Shown: piece after piece, positions 25,608 through 34,497 of the stretch | How the letters are laid out: every line of letters starts with the position of its first letter | Numbering within the stretch: the stretch's first letter is position 1 | Origin: an uncultured bacterium | GTDB lineage: Bacteria; Patescibacteriota; Minisyncoccia; Phycocordibacterales; UBA2163 | DNA length: 37,460 nucleotides | Assembly (NCBI GenBank): GCA_913041175.1 | Contig: CAJWGW010000002.1 | Span: 1-37,460, forward strand | Reading direction: 5' to 3' | Position numbers and translations under genes: made by a program | Notes under the pieces: generated by a model | The model's input: only the letters and a program-made list of their open reading frames with translations | Database searches by the model: none | Told to the model about the DNA's origin: nothing

Positions 25608-26297
25608 TTAACTCCAATTTCTTGCTTCAAGTGCTTTTTGTGCCGCTTCCTGCTCTGCTTCCTGCTTTGATTTACCTTCACCTTTCGCAATCTCCATATC
25701 ACTAAGATATACTCCGACGATGAAATTCTTCTCATGGTCAGGACCTATTTCCTGAACAGTTTTATATTGAGGTGTAGTATTCTCCTTCTCTTGCGCAATC
25801 TCCTGAAGACGACTCTTAGCATCCTGCCAAAGACCCTTCTCTACTATCTCATCTGTTAGAGGAAAAAGATTTTGGGCAATGAAATCTTTGGCCTGTTCAT
25901 ATCCTTGATCAAGATAAAGCGCACCAACAAATGACTCAAAAGTGTTAGCTAAGATGTACTGCCTTGCTCGTCCTGTATCTTTCGCCTCCCCTTTTGAGAG
26001 AAGAAGGTAGTCATTCATAGAAAGCTCTGTCGCAACGGCAGATAAGGTGGAGGTGTTCACAAGCGCGGCTCTGTATGAAGTTAAGTCTCCTTCCGGTTTT
26101 TTAGGATATTTGCTGTAGAGATACTCCGTAACTACAAGTTCAAGCACTGCATCTCCCAAGAACTCAAGCCGTTCGTTGTGGTCCATTTTAAGTCCCTTGT
26201 TTTCGTTTAAGTATGAACGATGAAGAAACGCCTGCTTCAGCAAGTTTTTGTCTTTAAAAGTGATACCTGTTTTGTTTTCAAATTGTGGAAAATCCAT
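25608..26297 (-). CDS. rnc: ribonuclease III
   Basis: Signature NERLEFLGDAVLE plus a C-terminal dsRBD (GPDHEKNFIVGV...GEGKSKQEAEQEAA). Confidence 0.95.
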   Translation of the reverse strand: MDFPQFENKTGITFKDKNLLKQAFLHRSYLNENKGLKMDHNERLEFLGDAVLELVVTEYLYSKYPKKPEGDLTSYRAALVNTSTLSAVATELSMNDYLLLSKGEAKDTGRARQYILANTFESFVGALYLDQGYEQAKDFIAQNLFPLTDEIVEKGLWQDAKSRLQEIAQEKENTTPQYKTVQEIGPDHEKNFIVGVYLSDMEIAKGEGKSKQEAEQEAAQKALEARNWS

Positions 26298-26300
26298 AAT

Positions 26301-27221
26301 TTATTTCTTTAGTAGTATATTAATCGCCTTTGTCACGATAGGAAGTATATCATCATAAAAATTTAGGTCTACAATGTCTCCAAGTTTGAACCATTTTGCG
26401 TCATCAAGCCCGCCTTTATTTTCCAGTTTCAAATCCTCAAATTTTGACTCTGCCAAAAAGTATGTAACTTGTTTTCTTATCTTACCCTCTTCTGGATCAG
26501 AAGCCACATATTCATTTTCTCCAAGTTTTTCTTTTATTTTTACACTAATTCCAAGCTCTTCTTTTATCTTCCGCATCGTCCCCTTTTCTTTATCTTCTTT
26601 TTCTTTTATCCCTCCCTTTGAGAGCGTCCAACGCCCAAACACATCGTGGACAAGTGCAAGGTATATATCTTTTTTATCTTTTGCATATATGACACATCCA
26701 CCAAGTCGTTTGATAGGCATCTTTTCATATGGAGTATCCTCAATTGGTTTCTTCGTCTTCTTTTTTGAAACCTCGTCTTTGCCGGGTTCGCCTATTTCTT
26801 TGTACACTGCTCCTAGCACTCCGTTTATAAACCTACCACTTGATTCCCCGCCAAATGTCTTTGCAAGCTCAATCGCTTCATTTATAGCAACTTTCGCAGG
26901 AACTTCTTTTCTATCGGCAAACAAAAGCTCATAAAGACCTATTCGGAGTATATTTCTGTCAACAACTGATATTTTGTCAATCGGCCATTCAGGAGCAGCT
27001 TTTTCTATAATTTTATCAATATCCTTCTGTTTTTTAATAAGATTATCTAAAAGCTCTTTTACAAATGAAAAATCTCCCATACCGGGAGCAAATTCTTTAG
27101 CGACTCTAGTGAGAGTCGCCTCAGTCTCTTTTATTTTTTTTCCTACACCAATAAGCCCGTTGAAATCTAATTCAAATAGTGTCTGAAGAACTATTGATCT
27201 TGAAAGGTGCCTATTGGACAT
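26301..27221 (-). CDS. nusB: NusB antitermination factor fused to a C-terminal Nudix hydrolase domain
   Basis: Residues 1 to about 140 are NusB-like (RSIVLQTLFELDF...AINEAIELAKTFGGESSGRFINGVLG). After a Lys-rich linker comes a Nudix box, GGIKEKEDKEKGTMRKIKEELGI (G-x5-E-x7-RK-I-x-EE-x-G-I). Confidence 0.8.
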   Translation of the reverse strand: MSNRHLSRSIVLQTLFELDFNGLIGVGKKIKETEATLTRVAKEFAPGMGDFSFVKELLDNLIKKQKDIDKIIEKAAPEWPIDKISVVDRNILRIGLYELLFADRKEVPAKVAINEAIELAKTFGGESSGRFINGVLGAVYKEIGEPGKDEVSKKKTKKPIEDTPYEKMPIKRLGGCVIYAKDKKDIYLALVHDVFGRWTLSKGGIKEKEDKEKGTMRKIKEELGISVKIKEKLGENEYVASDPEEGKIRKQVTYFLAESKFEDLKLENKGGLDDAKWFKLGDIVDLNFYDDILPIVTKAINILLKK

Positions 27222-27280
27222 TATTTATCCTTTATACCATCAGATATCAATAAGATAAAGACCTTATTGTAGATAACTTT

Positions 27281-27577
27281 TTATTTCTTTGACAATTCTG
27301 CTGCATCAAGTGGTTTGTCTTCCACTACTTCCGGCTCCTCCGTTGCCTCTTCGGTTCTGTCTTTGTTTTTTGCTTTTTCTTTTGCATGTTTTTTCTCAAG
27401 TTTTGCCGCCATATCAATAACAACTCTGCCTCTATATCTTCCGCATGCATTACATACAGTATGCCTCTTTGTAGGCGCCTTGCAGTCAGGACACGTCGAG
27501 AGTCGCGGCTCTTTGAGCGCGTGGTGTGAGCGTCTATTTCCCGTGTGCCCGCTTGTATGTCTCATTCGTACTGACAT
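27281..27577 (-). CDS. rpmF: 50S ribosomal protein L32 with a long Lys/Glu-rich C-terminal extension
   Basis: MRHTSGHTGNRRSHHAL plus a CxxC...CxxC zinc knuckle. 98 aa, versus about 60 typically. Confidence 0.85.
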   Translation of the reverse strand: MSVRMRHTSGHTGNRRSHHALKEPRLSTCPDCKAPTKRHTVCNACGRYRGRVVIDMAAKLEKKHAKEKAKNKDRTEEATEEPEVVEDKPLDAAELSKK

Positions 27578-27595
27578 AGAGAATAATGTATCAAA

Positions 27596-28189
27596 TTATT
27601 GCTTTTTTAGCAAATTAACAAAGCTTCTCCTGTGAATATCACAAATTCCATGTTTTTTGATTTTTTTGTAATGCTCTTTTGTGCCGTATCCTTTATGCTT
27701 TTCAAAATTATATTTTGGGTATTTTTTAGAGAAATTTATCATTTTTTTATCTCTCTCAACTTTAGCAGCAATTGAAGCAAGTGAGATTACAAGCTCTTTC
27801 TCGTCTCCTTTTATTATCGTTTTTTGATTTTTAAATTCCTTTGGCGCTTTAAGTGTGCCATCTAGAAGTACCTTACATTTGTTGGGAGCAACTTCAAATT
27901 TCTTCAGAGCTCTATTCATTGCTTTCTTTATAGCACTCACGATGCCAAATTTATCAATCTGTCCTGCGTCTGTAAAACATACGATATATCGTATGTTCTT
28001 GTTTTCTTTTATTTTCTCAAACCATTTTTCTCGCCCAATTTTTGTAAGCTGTTTTGAATCTCGAACACTACTGAAAAGTTTTTTGTTAAAATTTGCGGAC
28101 ATAAGAACAACACCAACGGCAACAGGCCCTGCAAGAGGGCCCCTACCTGCTTCGTCTATGCCGATTGTGTATTTATACATCTTTCTCAT
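27596..28189 (-). CDS. rnhB: ribonuclease HII
   Basis: IGIDEAGRGPLAGPV active-site motif. Its start overlaps the gdh stop by 4 nt. Confidence 0.9.
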   Translation of the reverse strand: MRKMYKYTIGIDEAGRGPLAGPVAVGVVLMSANFNKKLFSSVRDSKQLTKIGREKWFEKIKENKNIRYIVCFTDAGQIDKFGIVSAIKKAMNRALKKFEVAPNKCKVLLDGTLKAPKEFKNQKTIIKGDEKELVISLASIAAKVERDKKMINFSKKYPKYNFEKHKGYGTKEHYKKIKKHGICDIHRRSFVNLLKKQ

Positions 28190-29469
28190 ACCCTGCCACG
28201 ATGGCGCGTTGCTTGAATTATCCTGTCTACTCCAAGTGCAAATGCAGTGTCACGAAGTGGAATGTTTTTTTCTTTTGACATTTTCCAAATATCTGTAAAC
28301 GCCTTTATCATAATCGGCTTTAGTTTCTTCTGCACCTCTTCTTCGCTCCAGTAAAAACCATTTCTGTTCTGTGTCCACTCAAAATATGATGCCGTTACTC
28401 CTCCTGCATTTGCAAGAATATCGGGAATTATTGTAATACCTTTTTCTTTGAGAATTTCATCTGCCTCTGGTGTTGTAGGGCCGTTTGCAAGCTCAAGAAT
28501 AACTTTTGCTTTTACATCTTTTGCATTATCTTTGTGTATCTGTTCATCAAGCGCTGCTGGTATAAGAATGTCACATTCACACGTTATGACATCTTCATTT
28601 TTTATTATTTTTGCTCCATCGCGTTCAAGTTTTTCCAAATCACAAACTGTACCCTCACAGTACATATGCGTAAGATCGTCCTTTTCATGCTTTACCTTGA
28701 CTGCATGCTCGGGATCAATACCATTACTACTATACACACCACCTTTACTATCAGCCACAGCGACTATAGTGTAACCCATATAGTGAAGTATTTTTGCAAT
28801 ATTGCTTCCCGCATTTCCAAATCCTTGCACAGCAACGGTCAAATCTTTCTTCTTTGGATGAATAGTGTCTATGAATTCCTGAAGTACGTATGCTCCACCC
28901 TGCGCTGTGGCATTTTCTCTTCCTAAGCTTCCACCGAGTTCTATTGGCTTACCTGTTATCACTCCTGGTTCGCTTTTATTCACTATTTTTTCATATTCGT
29001 CCAACATAATAGCCATAACACTCGAATTTGTATATACATCTGGTGCTGGAATATCTTTATCCACCCCTATGTCATCTGCAAAAGCATTTGCAAATGCACG
29101 CGAGACTTTTTCAATATCTCTTTTACTCATATGTTTTGGATTAAACTGCACGCCACCTTTTGCTCCACCAAATGGTATGTCTGCTACAGCACATTTAATA
29201 GCCATAACAGCAGCGAGTGCTTTTACTTCATTTATATCTGCGTCCTGATGGAAACGAATACCTCCTTTATATGGTCCGCGTGCATTGTTAAACTGCACAC
29301 GATATGCATTAAGTTCTTTACTTCCTTCTTCTTCAAGCTCTACTTTAATTTTTTTCTCTATTATATTTTCTGGTTCACGCAAAATATTTGACTCTTCTTT
29401 TGAAAGTCCTAGCACAGAAACTGCTTTTTCTAAGTTTAATAGATAATTTTGAAATGGTGTATTCTTCAT
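28186..29469 (-). CDS. gdhA: NAD(P)-dependent glutamate dehydrogenase
   Basis: GPYKGGIRFH, PFGGAKGG, and the Rossmann motif VQGFGNAGS. Start at MKNTPFQNY (29469) rather than 29562, which would overlap mreB. Confidence 0.9.
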   Translation of the reverse strand: MKNTPFQNYLLNLEKAVSVLGLSKEESNILREPENIIEKKIKVELEEEGSKELNAYRVQFNNARGPYKGGIRFHQDADINEVKALAAVMAIKCAVADIPFGGAKGGVQFNPKHMSKRDIEKVSRAFANAFADDIGVDKDIPAPDVYTNSSVMAIMLDEYEKIVNKSEPGVITGKPIELGGSLGRENATAQGGAYVLQEFIDTIHPKKKDLTVAVQGFGNAGSNIAKILHYMGYTIVAVADSKGGVYSSNGIDPEHAVKVKHEKDDLTHMYCEGTVCDLEKLERDGAKIIKNEDVITCECDILIPAALDEQIHKDNAKDVKAKVILELANGPTTPEADEILKEKGITIIPDILANAGGVTASYFEWTQNRNGFYWSEEEVQKKLKPIMIKAFTDIWKMSKEKNIPLRDTAFALGVDRIIQATRHRGRV

Positions 29470-29473
29470 CTTT

Positions 29474-30487
29474 TTATCGCTTTGCAAGTATGCTTTTTTT
29501 GTAAATATCCAAATGATCAAGGGCAATGCCAGTGCCTTTGGCAACGCAAAACGCCGCCTCATCTGCCAAAACCGCTTTTACCCCTGTTCTCTTAAATACA
29601 AGGTCTGGGAAATTACGAAGTTGTGACGTACCGCCCGTTGTTATAATCCCGCGGTCTATGATATCCGCTGAAAGCTCTGGTGGGGTTTCTTGAAGAACCG
29701 TCTTAATAGCTTTTATCATCTCTCGCAGTTCCCGCCCGATTGCTTTTACAACTTCATTTGTCTTGACCTCAGCAGAGCGTGGAAGTCCTGTCAAGAAATC
29801 TCTGCCTTTAATAATCATCGTCATATCTTCGTCCACTATTACCGCCGAGCCAATCCTAATTTTAATATCCTCCGATGTCTTGTCTCCAATTGCTAAGTTA
29901 AAAGTTCTTTTTATGTAATCTGCAATTGCTCTATCTATCCTGTTGCCCGCGCATTTTACTGAAGTTGATGCGACAATCCCGCCGAGAGAAATCACTGCAA
30001 CATCAATGGTCCCACCTCCACTATCAACTATCATATGTCCACGCGCTTCGTGTATCGGAATACCAGCGCCGATGGCAGCAAGTATCGGCTCTTTAACTAC
30101 ATAAACGCTTTTTGCTCCGGCTTTCATCGTCGCCTCAATAACCGCACGCTTCTCAGTTGAGGTAACTCCAGCTGGAACAGAGACCATAACTTCTGGCTTG
30201 AAAAAATTCCATTTGCCGAGCGCTTTTCTCATATAGTAGCGAAGCATCGCCTCTGTCACTCTGTAGTCAGCGATAACTCCATCTTTCATCGGACGATATG
30301 CGATTATACTCTCGGGAGTTCTTCCTATCATTTCTTTCGCGTCATTCCCAACTGCCAAGATTTTATTGTCTTGTTCAGACACTGCAACTACAGAAGGTTC
30401 GTTTAGAACTACTCCTTTGCCGGGCATATATACAAGTGTATATGTAGTACCCAGATCTATTCCTAATTTTGGATTGAAAAATGACAT
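29474..30487 (-). CDS. mreB: rod shape-determining protein MreB
   Basis: GIDLGTTYTLVY, VDSGGGTIDVAV and overall actin-like ATPase motifs. Confidence 0.95.
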   Translation of the reverse strand: MSFFNPKLGIDLGTTYTLVYMPGKGVVLNEPSVVAVSEQDNKILAVGNDAKEMIGRTPESIIAYRPMKDGVIADYRVTEAMLRYYMRKALGKWNFFKPEVMVSVPAGVTSTEKRAVIEATMKAGAKSVYVVKEPILAAIGAGIPIHEARGHMIVDSGGGTIDVAVISLGGIVASTSVKCAGNRIDRAIADYIKRTFNLAIGDKTSEDIKIRIGSAVIVDEDMTMIIKGRDFLTGLPRSAEVKTNEVVKAIGRELREMIKAIKTVLQETPPELSADIIDRGIITTGGTSQLRNFPDLVFKRTGVKAVLADEAAFCVAKGTGIALDHLDIYKKSILAKR

Positions 30488-30493
30488 TTTAAT

Positions 30494-31795
30494 TTATTGA
30501 TTTACTCTTTTTATATCTACTCCTATGTCCCTCAATCTCTCTTCAATCTTTTCATATCCTCGGTCAATGTAGTGTACATTATTCACTACTGAGTCCCCTT
30601 TTGCAATGATTGCCGCAATCACATATGCAAGCCCTGCCCGCAGATCTGGACCCTCAAGTTCTTTCCCGCGTAGCACTGTCGGGCCTTTAACTGTAACTTG
30701 ATGGGGATTCCACATGGTTATGTCAGCGCCCATTTTTATAAGATCATTAGTATGATTAAGCCGACCTTCAAAAATCGTCTCGTGTACTTTACTTTCACCT
30801 GTTGTCTGTGTCAAAAATACACACATCGGCGCCTGAAGATCTGTAGCAAATCCCGGATATTCATGTGTTCGTACTTCTATACTATTTAAAACATTGTTTT
30901 TAACTTTAGCGTTTCTTTTTATATGAATTTTATTTTTCTGTGTGTTTATAGAAATACCAGATTGCCTTAACAGTTCAATTAAAGAATCTATATGCTCCGG
31001 AATGCAGTTTGTAATTTCTAAATTATCCGCCGACAATGCTCCCAGTATAAGAAAACTTCCGGTTTCAATCCTGTCTGGTAATGTCTTGTAAACTTTTCCT
31101 TTTGTTGACAAGAGTCCTCCTCCTGTAATTTCAATGATTGGGGTTCCTGCACCTTTTATTTTTGCGCCACAAGAATTTAAGAACTCCGCTAAATGTTTTA
31201 TCTCTGGCTCCATCGCAGAATTCTCAAGTATAGTTTTGCCCTTTGCAAGAACCCCTGCGAGCATTAGTGTTTCTGTCCCTGTAACACTTACTTTTTTTAA
31301 GAAAATCTTTGCGCCTTCTAGTTTTTCTGCTTTAATTTTTATATGATATTTCCCATTTTTCTCCGTTACTTTCGCCCCCATTTTTCTATACCCATCAAGA
31401 AAAATATTAACTGGTCTTTTGCCGATGATGCATCCACCGGGATGGCTAAATGAAACTTCTCCAAATCGCGCCAAAAGTGGTCCTGTTAGGATTATTGAAG
31501 CACGAAGTTTGTTTGAGATATCTACATTAATCTCTGACCTATTAATATTTTTTGTTTCTATGCAGAGTGTTTTTTTTAATTTTTTTGATGTTTCAGCGCC
31601 TAAATTTTCAAGAAGTTCTATCATGTATTTTGCGTCGCTTATCTCTGGTGCATTTGAGATACAGAACTTATCTTTAAATAAAATAGACGATGCAAGTGCT
31701 GGAAGTACTGCGTTTTTCGCTCCTGCAACAGCGATTTTGCCCTTTAGCTTCTTCTTGCCAGCAAGCCCTTTAATGAGAAATTTGTCCTTCAACAT
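30494..31795 (-). CDS. murA: UDP-N-acetylglucosamine 1-carboxyvinyltransferase
   Basis: 433 aa. N-terminus G-x-V-x-V-x-GAKNA; the EPSP-synthase-type fold repeats match MurA in length and layout. Confidence 0.9.
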   Translation of the reverse strand: MLKDKFLIKGLAGKKKLKGKIAVAGAKNAVLPALASSILFKDKFCISNAPEISDAKYMIELLENLGAETSKKLKKTLCIETKNINRSEINVDISNKLRASIILTGPLLARFGEVSFSHPGGCIIGKRPVNIFLDGYRKMGAKVTEKNGKYHIKIKAEKLEGAKIFLKKVSVTGTETLMLAGVLAKGKTILENSAMEPEIKHLAEFLNSCGAKIKGAGTPIIEITGGGLLSTKGKVYKTLPDRIETGSFLILGALSADNLEITNCIPEHIDSLIELLRQSGISINTQKNKIHIKRNAKVKNNVLNSIEVRTHEYPGFATDLQAPMCVFLTQTTGESKVHETIFEGRLNHTNDLIKMGADITMWNPHQVTVKGPTVLRGKELEGPDLRAGLAYVIAAIIAKGDSVVNNVHYIDRGYEKIEERLRDIGVDIKRVNQ

Positions 31796-31869
31796 CTGCC
31801 AATTGTACTTGTTTTTCTTGCTTTTTACAATTTATGACTTATTTGCGACTCTCTGATATGCTATATAGG

Positions 31870-33762
31870 ATGCAGCTTATTAATGTCATCCCAATATCCA
31901 AGGGTGTGAGTAAAGAAACACTTACCTACTATAGCGCTAATCCAATTAAAGAAGGGTCTGTTGTGTCTGTGCCACTGCGGAAAAAGATGGTTCCGGGAAT
32001 TGTACTCTCCTCAAAAGATGTTGGCGACTTAAAAGCAAAGTTAAGAAGTGCGAGTTTTGCTTTGAGGAAGATTGATGGAAATATGGCAAAAATGCTTTTT
32101 TTGCCGGAATTTATCTCTGCCGCGCAACGCGCGGCAGAGCATTTCGCGACAACAACCGGTGCTATGCTTAAAGCTACAGTGCCAAGCATAGTTTTGGATG
32201 AAATAGAAAAAACTAAAGTACCTGAAATAAAAGAGTATTCTAAAATTAAGTCAAATTCTGAAAAGCTTATATTACAATCCGAAATAGCTGACCGCTTTGT
32301 AAGTTATAAATCTCTTGTGCGTGAAGGATTTGCACGCAACTCTTCCGTGTTTCTTCTGGTACCCACAATGCAAGATGCCGAGAAAGCGCAAGAACTCCTT
32401 AAAAAAGGAATAGACCAATATACGTATGTCTTGTATGGAAGTTTAACAAAAAAAGAGATGCTCACGCGGTGGAAAAATGCCATCAAGTCCAAGCACCCCG
32501 TTCTTATAATAGCAACTGGAATATTCCTCTCCATACCAAGAAGTGATATAGCAACTTTTATCGTGGAACGAGAAAATTCTAGGAGCTACAAACAATTCGT
32601 ACGTCCTTTTATAGATATGAGAATATTTGCTGAGTTTTTCGCAAAGGAGATGAGAGCGAAAATTATCTTCGGCGATCTGCCACTTAAAGTTGAGACAATG
32701 TGGAGATATAAGGAGGGAGAACTTGATGAACTCTCCCCTCCAAAACTGCGTACCATAAGAGGAGCTCGACAGACGCTCATTGACATGAAAGATATAAAGC
32801 ATCAAAAGGCAGGTCACTTTGAAATAATAAGCACTGAGTTGAAAAAACTTGCCTTAGATACGATAGAAAGAGAGAAAAATATGTTTATTTTCACCGTAAG
32901 GCGCGGGCTCTCCCCCTCTACAGTATGCCGTGACTGTGGCAATGCTGTATTGTGTCACGAGTGCGAAGCGCCGGTTGTACTTTATTCAACCACGAAAGGT
33001 AATCGTTTTATCTGTCGTGCATGCGGTGCTGCACGTAGTGCAAATGAGCGGTGCAAGAGTTGTGCAAGCTGGAAACTTGAAACATTAGGTATCGGAATAC
33101 AGCTTGTAGAGAAAACACTTAGACAAAGTTTTCCCCAAACACAAATTTTCGTAATAGACAAAGACACTGCGGAAACACACAAAAAAGCAAAGGAAATCGC
33201 AGAGAAATTCTATTCTACAAAAGGAAGTATATTGCTTGGAACAGAGATGGCACTTTTTTATCTGGACAGACCTGTCAGATACAGCGCAGTTGCGACAATG
33301 GACTCATTGTTCTCACTTCCTGAATGGAGAATGTCGGAGAAAGTACTGTCACTTCTCTTGAAGATAAAAGAAATTACAGAAAAAGAACTTCTGATACAAA
33401 CAAGAAAACCTGACCAAAAAGTTTTTGATTATGTGGAAAAAGGAAACCTTGTTGATTTTTATAAAGAAGAAGTGAAAAAAAGAAAACAGTTTGGATACCC
33501 TCCATATAGCATCTTTATCAAAATAACAGTAGTTGGTGAAAATGAAAGAATTACAAAGGAAATGAAATACATAGAAAAGCTTTTGAAAAAATATGATGTT
33601 CAGATATACCCTTCTTCAATAAAAGTCGCTGGAGGAAAGTATGCAATGCATGGACTTTTGAGAGTTCCGAGGGAAAAGTGGCCCGACAAAGAACTTCTTG
33701 AGATCTTACGCTCTATGCCGGCATATTTCGCAATTGATGTTGACCCTGAAAGTTTGTTATAA
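31870..33762 (+). CDS. priA: primosomal protein N' (PriA)-like, with helicase ATPase motifs degenerated
   Basis: PriA-like N-terminus (INVIPISKGV..TLTYYS) and a Cys-rich zinc region (CRDCGNAVLCHECEAPVV...CRACG...CKSC). The Walker A position reads QSEIADRF, DEEH reads EREN, and motif VI is absent. Confidence 0.75.
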   Translation: MQLINVIPISKGVSKETLTYYSANPIKEGSVVSVPLRKKMVPGIVLSSKDVGDLKAKLRSASFALRKIDGNMAKMLFLPEFISAAQRAAEHFATTTGAMLKATVPSIVLDEIEKTKVPEIKEYSKIKSNSEKLILQSEIADRFVSYKSLVREGFARNSSVFLLVPTMQDAEKAQELLKKGIDQYTYVLYGSLTKKEMLTRWKNAIKSKHPVLIIATGIFLSIPRSDIATFIVERENSRSYKQFVRPFIDMRIFAEFFAKEMRAKIIFGDLPLKVETMWRYKEGELDELSPPKLRTIRGARQTLIDMKDIKHQKAGHFEIISTELKKLALDTIEREKNMFIFTVRRGLSPSTVCRDCGNAVLCHECEAPVVLYSTTKGNRFICRACGAARSANERCKSCASWKLETLGIGIQLVEKTLRQSFPQTQIFVIDKDTAETHKKAKEIAEKFYSTKGSILLGTEMALFYLDRPVRYSAVATMDSLFSLPEWRMSEKVLSLLLKIKEITEKELLIQTRKPDQKVFDYVEKGNLVDFYKEEVKKRKQFGYPPYSIFIKITVVGENERITKEMKYIEKLLKKYDVQIYPSSIKVAGGKYAMHGLLRVPREKWPDKELLEILRSMPAYFAIDVDPESLL

Positions 33763-33769
33763 TTAAAAT

Positions 33770-33856
33770 AGTGTTGTCGATAGGTCTCTTTTGTTCTCCT
33801 TTCTGGCCTTCGGCAAGACCCCCGCTTATTCACCCTTCGTATGGCGGGGGTTTTTT
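33770..33856 (+). ncRNA. candidate small RNA unit A (boundaries predicted)
   Basis: Extended -10 TGTTATAAT (33755-33763). Hairpin AGGTC/GGCCT (33782-33786 / 33805-33809) with CTCCTTTC (33796-33803) in the loop. Terminator stem CCCCCGC/GCGGGGG (33819-33825 / 33844-33850) plus T6. Confidence 0.35.
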
Positions 33857-33876
33857 AAAAATGTTATACTATTGTT

Positions 33877-33957
33877 GTTGGCGGGCTTATCTCCTTTCGA
33901 CCGCCATATGAGCCCCCGTTTTTATATTTTGCGTAGCCTCGGCGGGGGCTTTTTTTA
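33877..33957 (+). ncRNA. candidate small RNA unit B, paralogous to unit A (boundaries predicted)
   Basis: Extended -10 TGTTATACT (33862-33870). Hairpin GGCGG/CCGCC (33880-33884 / 33901-33905) with CTCCTTTC (33891-33898) in the loop. Terminator stem AGCCCCCG/CGGGGGCT (33911-33918 / 33943-33950) plus T7. Confidence 0.35.
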
Positions 33958-33984
33958 TTAGTGATTTTCATATACTATTGAAAA

Positions 33985-34497
33985 ATGAAGAAAATAATAC
34001 AAGAAGGAAGCACTGTTTTAAGAGATACAGCTAAAGAGGTGCCTACTGGCGATATTGTATCTCCTAAAATCAAGAGGCTTCTATCAGATATGTCAGAAGC
34101 GCTTGAAAAGGAGAAGGACGGAGTTGCTATAGCAGCGCCACAAATCGGAGTACCGCTCCGCATTTTTATCGTGTCAGGTAAATTATTTGACTTAGGGGGA
34201 AATATCAATGAAGAAGTTTCTTCACCGCTTTCAGATCTTGTATTTATAAACCCAGAAATCACAAAGCTCTCAAAAGAAAATGAGGAGCACGAAGAAGGAT
34301 GTCTTTCTGTGCGTGGTAAATACGGAACCACAAAGCGCGCTAAGAAAACGACCGTCCGAGCGTTTGATGAAAATGGAAAAATTTTTGAGCGTGGTGGAAG
34401 CGGACTTTTAGCAAAAATCTTCCAGCACGAGATTGACCACTTGAACGGAGTTTTATTTATAGATAAAGCAGAAAACATCCATGACACGCAAGTATAA
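33985..34497 (+). CDS. def: peptide deformylase
   Basis: GVAIAAPQIG, EGCLS, HEIDHLNG. Confidence 0.95.
   Translation: MKKIIQEGSTVLRDTAKEVPTGDIVSPKIKRLLSDMSEALEKEKDGVAIAAPQIGVPLRIFIVSGKLFDLGGNINEEVSSPLSDLVFINPEITKLSKENEEHEEGCLSVRGKYGTTKRAKKTTVRAFDENGKIFERGGSGLLAKIFQHEIDHLNGVLFIDKAENIHDTQV

Noticed and set aside
33975-34487. 170-aa minus-strand ORF exactly co-extensive with def
   Set aside because: The def frame carries all three deformylase motifs. The antisense product has no recognisable features and is most likely a chance open frame.
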